DNA of 64,000 nt, taken from Octopus sinensis. Taxonomy: Eukaryota. Where the stretch lies: NCBI RefSeq assembly GCF_006345805.1, contig NC_042998.1, forward strand, positions 170,252,001-170,316,000, given 5' to 3'. The number at the start of each line of letters is the position of its first letter. Positions within the stretch are counted from its first letter, which is position 1. The notes under the pieces were generated by a model. It had not been told where the DNA came from, searched no databases, and was given only the letters and a program-made list of their open reading frames with translations. This document shows, one piece after another, positions 1-12,619 of this stretch. A program made the position numbers and the translations under genes.

Positions 1-52
1 TAAGCATAACAAGTTATTTAATTACCCTGTGCTTGATAATTAAACATTTTAC

Positions 53-199
53 CAGGTAACAAACTTCCAGATTTTCCAACTATTAACATATTTCAAAGCA
101 TCTGAATCAACATGGAACAGTGGGCGGTGAACCAGGGTAAAGTGTGGTAAAAATGAAATTCTTGGTGGTAATGAGGACTCATTAGACATCAGTAAAATT
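53..199 (-). CDS. Possible host-gene internal exon (147 nt, phase 2-2)
   Basis: AG acceptor (tttttaatag), GT donor, open non-repetitive frame ILLMSNESSLPPRISFLPHFTLVHRPLFHVDSDALKYVNSWKIWKFVT; no family recognised. Confidence 0.3.
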
Positions 200-699
200 C
201 TATTAAAAACATGTTCCTTGTTATGACAGAATTTTTTTTTTTTTTTGGTAACACTGCATCTGTCCAATGTAATGAACATGTAAATAGATTCATATAAATA
301 GATTCAATAAAATAGATTCAACAAACCTTTTGAATCCAAAAAATCTATGAGTTTCTTCCTTTCAAATCAAGGGGGTAACGTTGGCATAAATAAATATATT
401 TTGAGGTAATTGGTTTAAGAAGTTCAAAGGATTAGCAGCTGTTCAATACACATTTGTTAATTAAAGGAAGTTTCCATTCCTATCTAGTTGACTCTGATGA
501 TGATGAGTATGGAAACCACCATTGTCAGTGTTTATATTCATAACAACAGTAGAGAAGGACATTTTTTTTACTTCATTTTTTTTTGCTTAGACCATTATAA
601 CTTTGACCATTTTGTAACTGATGATGTTATTTTTGTTAGAAAATTACTATTTTTAAATTTCACAACGAGAGATATTCAGCAACAGTACTTTGTAGTAAA

Positions 700-1087
700 G
701 ATTGTTTGCCAACATAACATGGCAGTCCTGGTTTAGGACTAATGTTGCTGTAATTCAGCCCCAGGAGACATCGTCTCCAGCTGGCTGTACGACACGATCT
801 GTGTCCTTATATATTTTTTCCTTTTCATTCAAACAAGGGAATCTAGCACCCCCACTCTGCTTAAGACAATATCTATGTATTGTGAAGTTATAATAGTCTA
901 AGCAAAAAAAATTGCAATACACAGATATTGTTTTGAGCTGAGTGGGGGTGCTAGATTCCCTTGTTCGAAAAAAAATATAAGGACACAGACTGTGTCATAT
1001 AGCCAGCTGGAGACGATGTCTCCTGGGGCTAAATTGCAGCAACATTTGTCCTTAACCAGGACTGCCATGTTATGTTGGCAAACAATC
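700..1087. mobile_element. Palindromic MITE-like element
   Basis: Two diverged ~190-bp inverted arms (gattgtttgccaacataacatggcagtcctgg ... ccaggactgccatgttatgttggcaaacaatc); no TSD identified. Confidence 0.6.
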
Positions 1088-1277
1088 ATTATTTTTGTTG
1101 TTTTAAAATTATTTTCTAGCATGCTAGGAATTGAAAAAGTGAAACATCTCGGTAAACCCATTTCACATTTGTTTATGTCATTTTGTGTTTTTGTCAAAGT
1201 AATTTATTGCACCCTATTTATCTTCAACAGTTTTTGTCAAACATTCTTGAATTCATAAATCAAATGGCAAGTTTTAC

Positions 1278-1335
<58 letters not shown>

Positions 1336-4297
1336 CAGGTGCTGAATTGCTCCCCTCCTCCCCACATCTCCTTCCCAGTTTTCAGAGTTGGCACTGTCAA
1401 TGTTGGTACATTGAAAGGTAGGTCTAGTGAGATTGTAGAGATGCTTGAGAGAAGACGGGTTGCTGCATACAAGAGGTAAGATGAAGAGGTGCCTCAGCTA
1501 GGATCCTCACAGGCAAGGCACATAGGTATAAAGTCTTCTGGCAAGGTAACATGGATGGTGTAGGGGGTGTAGGCATTTTCCTTGCTGAGAAATGGGTGGA
1601 TAAGGTCATAGAGGTTGTCAGGGTTTGCGATAGAGTGCTTAAGCTCAGGTTAGTCCTACAGAGTTTCACAGCTACGATTATCTCCGCCTATGCCCCACAA
1701 GCGGGACTACCAAATGATCAGAAGGACCACTTTTATGATACCCTTCTACAGGCTACCTCAAAGACTAGTGGCAAGGACCTCATCTTTGTGAGTGGAGACT
1801 TTAATGGGCATGTTGAGCGGGAATCAGGTATCTTCACTGGGTTACACGGTGGCCATGGTATTGGCACCAGAAATGATGAGGGAACTAGACTACTGGAATT
1901 CTGTGATGCATGTAACCTTTTAATCTGCAACACTAACTTCAGGAAGCCTGACTGCCACCTTATAACCTATCAGTCAGGAGACTCCGCTAGCCAAATAGAC
2001 TTCACCTCCCGGGTGAAGAATGTATCCCTCAGCATAGGCTAATCATCAGTGACTTTAAGCTTGAGGCCAGAAGGACTCCAAGAAACAAACCAATCCAGAA
2101 AAGAAGGATTTGGAAGCTAAAGAACCCTTCACATGGTCAGAGATTTAGGGACATCCTCATCAAGAAATTTGATGAGAGGGAGGAGGAGCTTCAGACGTCG
2201 TAACTTCAGTAACTACAGAGGTATTAAACTGTTGGATCAGGTGATGAAGGTCACAGAGAGGGTCATAACCCATCTCATTAGGGAGAGAATTTGCTTAAAT
2301 GAGATGCAGTTCGGTTTTGTGCCAGGTAGAAGCACCACTGATGCTATATTCCTGGTCCGACAACTGCAGGAGAAGTACCTAGCTAAAGATAAACCCCTCT
2401 ACATAGCTTTTGTGGACTTGGAGAAAGCCTTTGACAGGGTCCCCCGATCCCTTATCTGGTGGTCGATGCGGAAACTGGAGATTGACGAATGGCTAATAAG
2501 GGCTGTACAGGCTCTATACAGAGAGGCTGTCAGCAAGGTTAGGATTGGCAACGAATATAGTGAAGAATTCCGGGTAGAAGTAGGTGTACACCAAGGCTCA
2601 GCCCTCAGTCCCCTTTTATTCATCATAGTCCTCCAGGCAATAACAGAGGAATTCAAAACAGGATGCCCCTGGGAGCTCCTCTATGCTGATGACCTGGCTC
2701 TCATAGCAGAATCACTACCGGAACTAGAAAAGAAATTTTGGGTGTGGAAGCAAGGGTTAGAATCAAAGGGCCTTAGAGTAAATGTAGCAAAGACCAAAGT
2801 TATAGTAAGCAGAAAGGTGAACTCAGTACACACACCTCGGGCAGGTGGCCCTGCTCGATCTGTAGGAAAGGTGTAGGTAGAAACTCCATAAGATGCACCC
2901 AATGTAAGCTATGGACGCATAAGAGGTGCAGCAACATCAAAGGGAAATTAACTGATAAGATAGCTTTCATGTGCGGCAGATGCACAGGGACAATAGACAC
3001 CACAGACACTCAGAAAACAGATTCCATCACACTCCAGGGGGAGAAACTAGAAGTAGTTGATAGTTTCCGCTACCTGGGTGACCAAGTTAGTAGTGGAGGT
3101 GGATGCTCAGAGAGTATCACCACTAGAATACGAATATCCTGGGCAAAGTTCAGAAAGCTCCTACCCCTACTGGCGACAAAGGGTCTCTCGCTCAGAGTGA
3201 AAGGTAGATTGTATGATGCATGTGTGCGAACTGCCATGCTTCACGGTAGTGAAACATGGGCTGTGACTGCAGAGGACATGTGTAGACTTGAAAGAAATGA
3301 AGCTAGCATGATCCGCTGGATGTGTAATGTCAGTGTGCATGCACGACAGAGTGTAAGCACCCTGAGAGAAATGCTGGACATAAGAAGCATCAGATGTGGT
3401 GTGCAAGAGCGATGGTATGGTCATGTACTGCAGATGGGTGAGGAGAGATGTGTGAAGAAGTGCCACTCCCAAACAGTTGAAGGTATCCTGATACCTTCAA
3501 CTGGGAGAGGTAGACCCATGAAGACATGGGATGAGGTAGTCAAGCATGACCTCAGAGCGTTGGGCCTCACTGAGGCAATGGTGAAGGACCGAGATCTCTG
3601 GAGATGTGCTGTGACTGCTAAGACCTGGGATGCTTCCTGCACCAGTTCAACATAGCCCCTGCCCATTTAAAGTACCCTGGATTCCAGAACATCCCGCTGT
3701 GCTTGAGGAGACCTGTTGAGTCAAGTACATGAACATGAACATCGAAATAAATATCAATGGAAATAGTAGTTGTGATACCTGTGCCAGTGGCACATAAAAA
3801 GCACCATCCGAACGTGGCCGTTGCCAGCGCCGCCTCGACTGGCCTCTGTGCCAGTAGCACATAAAAAGCACCATCCTAACATGGCCGATGCCAGCGCCGC
3901 CTCAACTGGCTTCTGTGTCGGTGGCACATAAAAAGCACCATCCGAATGTGGCTGATGCCAGCGCTGCCTTGACTGGTTCCAGTGCCAGTGGCACATAAAA
4001 AGCACCATCCGAACGTGGCCGTTGCCAGCGCCACCTTGGCTGGCTTCCGTGCCGGTGGCACATTAAAAGCTCCAACCGATCGTGGCCAATGCCGGACCCC
4101 CTGGCACCTGTGCAGGTGGCACATAAAAAGCACCCACTACACTCGCGGAGTGGTTGGCGTTAGGAAGGGCATCCAGCTGTAGAAACTCTGCCAGATCAGA
4201 CTGGGGCCTGGTGCAGCCCCTGGCTTCCCAAACCCCGGTCGAACCGTCCAACCCGTGCTAGCGCAAAAAACGGACGTTAAACAATGATGATGATGAT
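1336..4297 (+). mobile_element. RTE-clade LINE, degenerate and internally deleted (APE endonuclease, RT, 3'UTR, (GAT)n tail)
   Basis: ORF pieces: VGTVNVGTLKGR and SGDFNGHV (APE, 1551-2042); FVDLEKAFDRVPR, GVHQGSALSPLLF and LLYADDL (RT, 2133-2876); FRYLG and LHGSETW (2969-3655); frameshifts between pieces; ends ggacgttaaac followed by (gat)n. Confidence 0.95.
3781..4135 (+). repeat. 67-bp tandem array in the RTE 3'UTR
   Basis: Units start at 3781, 3848, 3915, 3982, 4049 and 4110; each begins with a GTGCC-NNN-GGCAC hairpin followed by ATAAAAAGCACC. Confidence 0.9.
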
Positions 4298-4539
4298 ATA
4301 TATATATATACAATTAATTGTAGGATTCATCTGAATCAAGTTGTTTTAACATTCAGGATACCAGGGAAGGGTCATGTTTGGCACATATGTGTATACTACA
4401 TACAAATACATCCATATATACACATGCATATATATATATATATGCACACATATACACACACACATGTAAATTCATTATCCAAGGCAAGTTTCAGATCAAC
4501 ATAGTGAAGGTCCCAGATATGGTGTTTATTCTTTTATTC

Positions 4540-4948
4540 TTTTCTTTGTTTCAGTCATTTGACTGTGGCCATGCCAGAGCACCACCTTTAGTCGGACAAA
4601 TCGCCCCCAGGACTTATTCTTTGTAAGCCTAGTGCTTATTCTATCGGTCTCTTTTGCCGAATCGCTAAGTTATGGGGATGTAAACACACCAGCATCGGTT
4701 GTCAAGTGATGTTGGGAGGACAAACACAGACACAAAAACATACGTACACACATGCATGTACACACACACACACATATATATATATAAACGATGGGTTTCT
4801 TACAGTTTCCATCTACCAAATCCACTCACAAGGCTTTGTTCGGCCTGAGGCTATAGTAGAAGACACTTACCCAAGATGCCGCGCAGTGGGACTGAACCCG
4901 GAACTATGTGGTTGGTAAGCAAGCTACATACCACACACCCACTCCTGC
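4540..4948 (-). mobile_element. tRNA-derived SINE, family 1
   Basis: On the minus strand: tRNA-like head with A/B boxes (GGTTCAGTCCC), internal TA/CA microsatellite, tail aaatgactgaaacaag; many near-identical copies in the window. Confidence 0.9.
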
Positions 4949-5474
4949 ATAAAATAAGAATTACAAATGGGTTAAAGGTTCACTACAACTGTTTCAGATG
5001 CAATTTTTATTGATGGTAAAACTTCAGGTGATTAAAAATTTAGTTTGGAGAAAAAAACAAAACAAGATTAACCCTCTCAGTTAGGTATCAATGAAAACAG
5101 TGAAAACACATCAAGAGTTAACTAGATTTAACTAGCTAAGATGTCAGAGGTTGGTGGATCATCAGTCAATCATTGGACAGTGTCACAACTAATTTATTTC
5201 TTTATTTAGGACTAGATAGATAATTAAAAATAAATAGATGAAAGGAAGACAGAAAGAGAAAATAGGGATGAAATGGAAGAGAGGATGGAATAAGGGTTAA
5301 TAGCAAAGGATTGTCGTTCTGACAATGGAACTACTACTACCCCATAATCCATCAGAATGAATATGTACATGATAACACATACATATAATCACCTTGGGCA
5401 AGTTTCTTCTACTATAGGCTTCGATCAACCAAAGCCTTATCAGTAGATTTGGTAGAAAGAAACCCATTTCTTTA

Positions 5475-5685
5475 CTACCCACAAGGGGTTAAACACAGAG
5501 AGGACAAACAAGGACAGACAAACAGATTAAGTTGATTATATCAACCCCAGTGCATAACTGGTACTTATTTAATTGACCCTGAAAGGATGAAAGGCAAAGT
5601 CGACCTCAGCGTTATTTGAATTCAGAACGTAGCGGCAGACAAAATACCACTCAGCATTTCGCCCGGCTGCTAACGATTCTGCCAG
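5475..5685 (-). mobile_element. tRNA-derived SINE, family 2
   Basis: Head ggcaagctggcagaatcgttagc...gttctgaattcaaat; tail ...gtcctctctgtgtttaaccccttgtggg; matches the 56938-57170 copy. Confidence 0.8.
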
Positions 5686-6289
5686 CTTGCCACCTTTATT
5701 TTGATTTGGTAGAAAGAAACCGAAAGAAGCCTATCATATATATGCATATATATTTATGGGTGTGTGCCTGTATTTGTTCCCCACCATTGCTTCACAACTA
5801 GTGTTGGTGTGTTTACGATCCCATAACTTAGCAGTTCAGCAAAAGAGACCAATAGAATAAGTACCAGGCTTAAAAAAATTAAATAGTGGACCTGATTCAT
5901 TCAACTAAAATTCTTCAAGGTGGTGCCCCAGCATGGCCCCAGTCTAATGGCTGAAGCAAGTAAATGATAAAAGATATTGCACAATGCGTCTTTTGGGTAC
6001 ATTTTTACAGATGCACATAGTGTACTGAAAATGTCTATGATGCACTTATACTGCATCATGTGAGCCTGACATTAATACACATTAATGTCAGACTCACATA
6101 CACACATATTTATTACGTTATGCTGTTGCAAATTTAGTATTTACTTTCCAAATGTGATTACATTGAAAAATAACTACATTTTATTATTTTTTTGTTGTTG
6201 TTTTTTGTTTTGATTTTTGTTGGTCAGTCTTTTTAATTAACCCTATTCAGAAAGCAAACTGCTCTGTTCCTCATCATTATTATTCAATT

Positions 6290-6510
6290 GTGTGGGCAGC
6301 GAACTGGCAGAATTGTTAGCATGCTGGGCGAAATGCTTAGTGGCATTTCATGTCCTCACATTTTGAGTTCAAATTCCACTGAGGTCAGCTTTGCTTTTCA
6401 TCCTTTCAGGGTCAATAAAGTAAATACCAGTTGTGTACTGGAGTCGATGTAATTGACTTATCCCACTTTCCCAAATTTCAAATCTTGTGTCTATAGTAGA
6501 AAGGATTATT
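6290..6510 (+). mobile_element. tRNA-derived SINE, family 2
   Basis: ggcagcgaactggcagaattgttagc...gagttcaaattcc (B box). Confidence 0.75.
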
Positions 6511-7624
6511 ATTCATTTGTTAGTGCATTGGACAAAATGCTTCTTTCTACCAAATCTACTGACAAGGCTTTGGTTTGTTCAAGCCTATAGTAGAAGAAAC
6601 TTGCCCAAGGTGATTATATGTATGTGTTATCATGTACATATTTATTCTGATGGATTTTGGGGTAGTAGTAGTTCCATTGTCAGAATGACAATCCTTTGTT
6701 GTTAACCCTTATTCCATCCTCTCTTCCATTTCCTCCCTATTTTCTCTTTCTGTCTTCCTTTCATCTATTTATTTTTAATTATTTATCTAGTCCTAAATAA
6801 AGAAACAAATTAGCTGTGACACTGTCCAATAATTGATTTATGATCCATTGACCTCTGACATCTTAGCCCGTTAAATCTAGTTAACTCTTGATGTGCTTTC
6901 ACTGTTTTCAATGATGCCTTACTGAGGAGGTTAGTCTTGTATTTTTTTTTCTCCAAACTAAATTTTTAATCACCTGAAGTTTTACCATCAATAAAAATTG
7001 CATCTGAAACAGTTGTAGTGAACCTTTAACCCATTTGTATTCTTATTTTAAGCAGGAGTGGGTGTGTGGTATGTAGTTTGCTTACCAACTACATAGTTCC
7101 GGGTTCAGTCCCACTGCACTGCATCTTGGGGGCAAGTGTCTCCTACTATAGCCTCAGGCCGACCAAAGCCTTGTGAGTGGATTTGGTAGATGGAAACTGT
7201 AAGAAGCCCATCATTTATAGTCTTTATGTTTTGAGTTCTAATGCTGCCAAGCTCAACTTCCCCTGGGATTGATATAATTGACTTCCTCCTCCCTTCAAAA
7301 TTGCTGGCTTTATGCCAAAACATGTCCAACATGTGAATTTGAATCTAGCATTGAGTCTCCTCTTCAGTAAATGTTCTGATGTTATGCTTTAACTTGATTC
7401 AAAATAACTTTAATCCAACATTTTTATTTAAAAATTAAAAATGGAAGATCCCTATATTTAAATTTAGATATGAATTAAAAACAATAAAGAAAAAAAATAC
7501 CATTTTAATCTACATATGAAATGTGTCAATACATAATAAGTTTGAATTCCACTTGATAACCTAATAACTATTGTGTCTATATACATAGAAAATTTAAGTC
7601 ACACACACACATATATATATCATT

Positions 7625-7842
7625 TTTACTTGTTTCAGTCATTTGATTGTGGCCATGCTGGAGCACCACCTTTAGTCGAGCAAATCAACCCCAGGACTTA
7701 TTCTTTGTAAGCCTAGTACTTATTCTATCGGTCTCTTTTGCTGAACCACTAAGTTACAGGGACATAAACACACCAGCATCGGTTGTCAAGCGATGTTGAG
7801 GGGACAAACACACAAACATATACACACATACATATATCTATC

Positions 7843-7900
<58 letters not shown>

Positions 7901-8062
7901 TATGACGGGTTTCTTTCAGTTTCCGTCTACCAAATCCACTCACAAGGCTTTGGTTGGCCCGAGGCTATAGTAGAAGACACTTGTCCAAGGTGCAACACAG
8001 TGGGACTGAACCCAGAACCATGTGGTTGGTGAGCAAGCTACTTATCACACAGCCACTCCTTT
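7625..8062 (-). mobile_element. tRNA-derived SINE, family 1
   Basis: Full-length match to the 4540-4948 copy. Confidence 0.9.
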
Positions 8063-8175
8063 ATAAGTTTTGAATTAAAATCTTCCACCAAACCTTAGTC
8101 ACAATTTATGTTTCTAACACTAGCTTAATGATAACTAAGTTATTTTACTAAATTCTTTGTTATATTGTTATATTT

Positions 8176-9120
8176 ACGTGTGCGTGCGCATGCGCGAACG
8201 TGTATGTGCGCATGCGCGGACGTGTGCGTGCGCATGCGCGAACGTTTGCTTGCGCATGCGCGAACGTGAGCTTGCGCAAGCGCGAATGTGTAAGTGCGCA
8301 TGTGCGAACGTGTAAGTGCGCATGCGCGTACTTGTGCGTGCGCATGCGCGAACGTGTGCGTGCGCATGCGCGAACGTGTAGGTGCGCATGCGCGAACTTG
8401 TGCGTGTAAGTACGCATGCGCGAACGTGTGCGTGAGCATGCGCGAACGTGTGCGTGAGCATGCGCGAACGTGTGCGTGAGCATGCGCGAACGTGTAAGGG
8501 CGCTCGCGCGTACTTGTGCGTGCGCGAACGTGTAAGTGCGCATGCGCGTACTTGTGCGTGCGCATGCGTGAACGTTTGCTTGCGCATGCGCGTAGGTGTG
8601 CGTGCATATGCGCGAACGTGCAAGTGCGCATGCGCGAACGTGTAAGTGCGCATGCGCGAACTTGTGCGTGTAAGTACGCATGCGCGAACGTGTGCGTGAG
8701 CATGCGCGAACGTGTGCGTGAGCATGCGCGAACGTGTGCGTGAGCATGCGCGAACGTGTAAGGGCGCTCGCGCGTACTTGTGCGTGCGCGAACGTGTAAG
8801 TGCGCATGCGCGTACTTGTGCGTGCGCATGCGTGAACGTTTGCTTGCGCATGCGCGTAGGTGTGCGTGCATATGCGCGAACGTGCAAGTGCGCATGCGCG
8901 AACGTGTAAGTGCGCATGCGCATACTTGTGCGTACGCATGCGCGAACGTGTAAGTGCGCATGCGCGTAGTTGTGCGTGCGCATGCGCGAACGTGTAAGTG
9001 CGCATGCGCCTATTTGTGCGTGCGCATGCTTGAACGTGTGCATGCGCGTACGTGTGCGTGCGCATGCACGAACGTGTAAGTGCGCATGCGCGAATGTGTA
9101 AGTGCGCATGCGCGAACGTG
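8176..9120. repeat. CpG-rich 22-bp minisatellite (tgcgcatgcgcgaacgtgtaag variants) with a 264-bp higher-order duplication
   Basis: About 40 units; identical translated ORFs at 8448 and 8712 give an exact 264-bp offset. Confidence 0.95.
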
Positions 9121-9470
9121 ACAACCGGCACTCATGCTGATCCACAAGATGGGCAAGGCCGGCAGTGGGAATACCACCTCAGTTTTATATTGAGGGCTCC
9201 TGTACTGGTGGCATGTAAAAAGCACCATTTGAGCATGGTTGATGCCAGTGCCACCTGACTGGCTCCCATCCTGGTGACACGTAAAGAGCACCCACTACAC
9301 TCTTGGAATGGTGGTGTTAGGAAGGGCATCTAGCTGTAGAAACCTTGCCAGATCAGATTGGAGCCTGGTGCAACCTCCTGGTTTGCCAGTCCTCAGTCAA
9401 ATTGTCCAATCCATGCCAGCATGGAAAGCAGACATTAAATGATGATGTTGATGATGATGACATATATTGG
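9121..9470 (+). mobile_element. 5'-truncated RTE 3'UTR
   Basis: Homologous to 4000-4297; (GAT)n tail. Confidence 0.8.
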
Positions 9471-10102
9471 GATGGTGCATAATTAACGAGTGTTTTATAA
9501 TTTAATTTACAAGTTTTATTTAAAATTTAGAATTAAAAAAAATTGGTTGTTATTTATGAACCAACCCATTATATCATCATCATCATCATCATTTAATGTC
9601 TGATCTCCAAGCAGCTTACATGGGTTAAATGAGTACAACAGGATCTGATGAATCACAGAGACATGATGTGTTCCAGTGTTCTCTTCAAATCATTTTACAG
9701 AGTGTACTGAGAGCTTTTCTATGGCGCCAGCACTACTGAGGTTGCCTTGCAACTTGCAAAGGAGAATAGGAGAGAGAGAGAAGGGAAGAGGGAGAAAGTG
9801 TATGTGTGTAATGATGATGATGATGATTTTAAGCAAGGTGAGAGAGGGCTGAAATATGATGAGGGGAACAGATTTAAAGTTGTGAGAGGGTGATAGTGGG
9901 GAATAACAGTAAATACTTTGGCGGAGGGAGTATGGAATGGAAGGAACAGAGTAAAGAAAAGGATTGGTGTTAATAGTTAGTGAGAAAGGAAGGGACAGAG
10001 CAGAAGGCAGGTTGCATAGAGCCGGTTAGGGCTATCCCATGTAGTAAGGATAAGCAAGGGTGGAAGGTGTGAGAGAAAGGGAATATGAAAGAGAAAAAGA
10101 TA

Positions 10103-10928
10103 CAGTTGTGGCCAAAAGTTTGGAACCATTTAAAAAAAATTAAAATTGTTATGCCCAAGTACAATTCAATTTAAATATATACAACATATATATTTAGGCA
10201 TATAAAAATTCTAATTTTCAGGCCTATATTGACCAAGCAATAATATATTGCAAATCTATATATATAAAACTGTAGTTGTGAGAGTGTCTGTCCCCTTCGA
10301 TTTAGATTCCTAACTACTCCCACATTTTGCGGTGCAGTTTAACCAAATTCGGGTATCTTATAGTCGTGATTCATATCGAGCCCGTCTGGGTATTAGCGCG
10401 CATCTACAATGAGTTTACGATTTTAAAAATAATTTAACATCATTTTTTATTCCATTTTAATGCATAATTTTTCGTGTATCGATGGTGGCGGAGTTGGCGT
10501 CCATGGTCACACCTGCACCTGTGTTGCTTTTCCCCCTTCTTCCCTCCGTCGTGAAGCTGTGGGGAAGGGAGTGTAAGGAAATCAACGTCGTAAAGCGTTG
10601 TCAAGGAGGCCAGCGTTCTTTTAGAACGACTTCATGGCTTGAAGACACCAAAACAGAAATGGCTAAGAAAGCCTGAATTGGCATCTATAAGGGAAGTAAC
10701 TCTCTAAAAATGCTTATATAGTTATTTCCCTTACAAACCCGAGCAACGCCGGGCGATACTGCTAGTTAAATATAACTTTGGGTATTTAATATAAAAATTC
10801 TAATTTTCAAACCTATGTTCCAAACTTTTGGCCAAGTGATAATATATTATAAATAAAATATGACTTCGGGCATATAATATACAAATTCTATTTTTTAGAC
10901 CTATGTTCCAAACTTTTGGCCATGACTG
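10103..10928. mobile_element. Tc1-type MITE hosting a Helitron
   Basis: TIRs CAGTTGTGGCCAAAAGTTTGGAAC / GTTCCAAACTTTTGGCCATGACTG; TA on both sides. Confidence 0.8.
10255..10765 (+). mobile_element. Non-autonomous Helitron, family H1
   Basis: A|TC 5' end; 3' hairpin CCCGAGCAACGCCGGG followed by CTAG|T. Confidence 0.9.
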
Positions 10929-11395
10929 TAGATGAAGTTGGAAAGAATTCAAATGGGGTTTTGACAGAAAGGGAGTGACAGATGGCAGTGAGTGAGCAAC
11001 CATTACATGTGGTGAGAGGGGAAATGTAAATGATAGGGTGGTTTTTAACTGGAATAGGGAGATGTATCAAAGAGGGAAGGTGGACATAGATAAAATGATG
11101 AGGATAGACCAGTACAGCCTCTCCTACACAGACCTAGTGAAGGATGGTGAAAGGTAGAATGATGGAGGGTGATATGAAAGGAAGTCGTTCATAGTCCACA
11201 AGGTTGTGAAGAAATAAAAGAAGTGGGTGTATGAGTGATAGAGGGATGAGATGACTGAAGTGAATGAGGAAATGGGTGAAAGACAGATGGTGATCAACAG
11301 GTATAGGGGAGTGATAGCAAATGTAGCCGAGGCAGGATACAAATGTATACAAACACACACACAGATATACATTTGTATATGTGTGTATATGTATG

Positions 11396-11442
<47 letters not shown>

Positions 11443-11504
11443 TTAATATAAACAACAGTTTGCAATGTTTCACCAAAAAGGAGAATTACAAATGTCACTA
11501 AATG

Positions 11505-11730
11505 CAACTAGGATGTTAGGAAACACCTACATTGCTAGGAATAAGAGCTAAATAACTCTAATGCTGTAGTTTAAGCACACATGTCTGTATTAAGAATTCT
11601 TAATTGGCACTTTTTGGATGATTATGGTCCATTTTAGTGTATATGTTTACATTCATGTGCTTTAACTACAACATTAGGGTGGTTTAACTCTTATTTCTAG
11701 CAATGTAGGCGTTTCCTAACGCACTGGTTG
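11505..11730. mobile_element. Small MITE
   Basis: ~75-bp imperfect TIRs (ttaggaaacacctacattgctagg ... tctagcaatgtaggcgtttcctaa). Confidence 0.6.
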
Positions 11731-11804
11731 CCTTATATATATGCGAGTGTGTGTGTGTGTGTATAGATGTATATGCATATAAGCATATACTCTTTACACT
11801 TTTT

Positions 11805-12195
11805 ACTCTTTTACTTGTTTCAGTCATTTGACTGTGGCCATGCTGGAGCACCGCCTTTAGTCAAGCAAATAAACCCTGGACTTATTCTTTGTAAGCCTAG
11901 TACTTATTCTATCGGTCTCTCTTGCCAAACTGCTAAGTTACAGGAATGTAAACACACCAGCTTTGGTTGTCAAGCTATGTTGGGGTGACAAACTTAGACA
12001 CAAACATATATACACACACACATACATATATATATACATATATACAACGGGCTTCTTACAGTTTCCGTCAACCAAATCCACTCACAAGGATTTGGTCAGC
12101 CCGAGGTGAAAGTAGTAGAGAGTTGCCCAAGGTGCCACGCAGTGGGACTGAACCTGGAACCATGTAGTTGGTAAGCAAGCTACTTACCACACAGT
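11805..12195 (-). mobile_element. tRNA-derived SINE, family 1
   Basis: Match to the family seen elsewhere in the window. Confidence 0.9.
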
Positions 12196-12364
12196 TTTAG
12201 TTCTTACGCAACTAGATTCAATACTACCTAAGCATGTTATTATATTTAATCTTTCATAATCATTTTATGAATATCCAAATGAATTATGTGACACGGACTC
12301 CATATAGACTTCTGTAACAACATGATATTCTTCTGATTTAATCTTTCTGATGCATTCTTCTTTT

Positions 12365-12475
12365 TGCACTGAGGAGAATGGTGATATGTAATTAATTTAA
12401 TTTAATTATAATTATAATTAATTAATTTTTTCCATGTTTCTTACATGGTATTACCATTCGAAACGATCGTATACA
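12365..12475 (+). ncRNA. Candidate type-I hammerhead ribozyme (family D)
   Basis: CTGAGGA at 12369; 11-bp stem II GAATGGTGATA/TATTACCATTC; GAAA; palindromic ACGATCGT; GTA cleavage triplet; stem I imperfect (TGCA/TACA). Confidence 0.6.
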
Positions 12476-12619
12476 TGGATTAAAATTTTATAAAACTTTT
12501 AACATCTCTTCTCCATCTTTAATTGTTTGTTGAGTTTATATAGGATACATGTTCTATAATTGCTCATAACACAACTTATACTTGTAAAATTGTAAGCTAG
12601 ATTGGACCCTATCAAAGTA

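Larger units (their letters stand above)
4785..7217. repeat. Inverted duplication with ~680-bp arms (4785-5461 and 6541-7217)
   Basis: Arms are reverse complements and differ mainly by substitutions; ~1.08-kb spacer. Confidence 0.9.

Noticed and set aside
491-526. CTGATGA...GAAAC...GTC hammerhead-like order; also a possible plus-strand micro-exon (DSDDDEYGNHH)
   Set aside because: No stem II and only a 3-bp stem I; the exon has no corroborating evidence.
1120-1264. Plus-strand micro-exon candidates (MLGIEKVKHL; FLSNILEFINQM); others at ~6010, ~14054, ~22620 and ~28475
   Set aside because: Splice-like signals are frequent in AT-rich DNA; no recognisable protein or consistent chain.
3781-4135. 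CRISPR-like repeat/spacer appearance (also 60033-61250)
   Set aside because: The 'spacers' are homologous to each other, the array lies in a LINE 3'UTR, there are no cas genes, and the context is eukaryotic.
8140-9145. Long His/Ala/Arg-rich ORFs (273-323 aa)
   Set aside because: Open in several frames on both strands because the satellite lacks stop codons.
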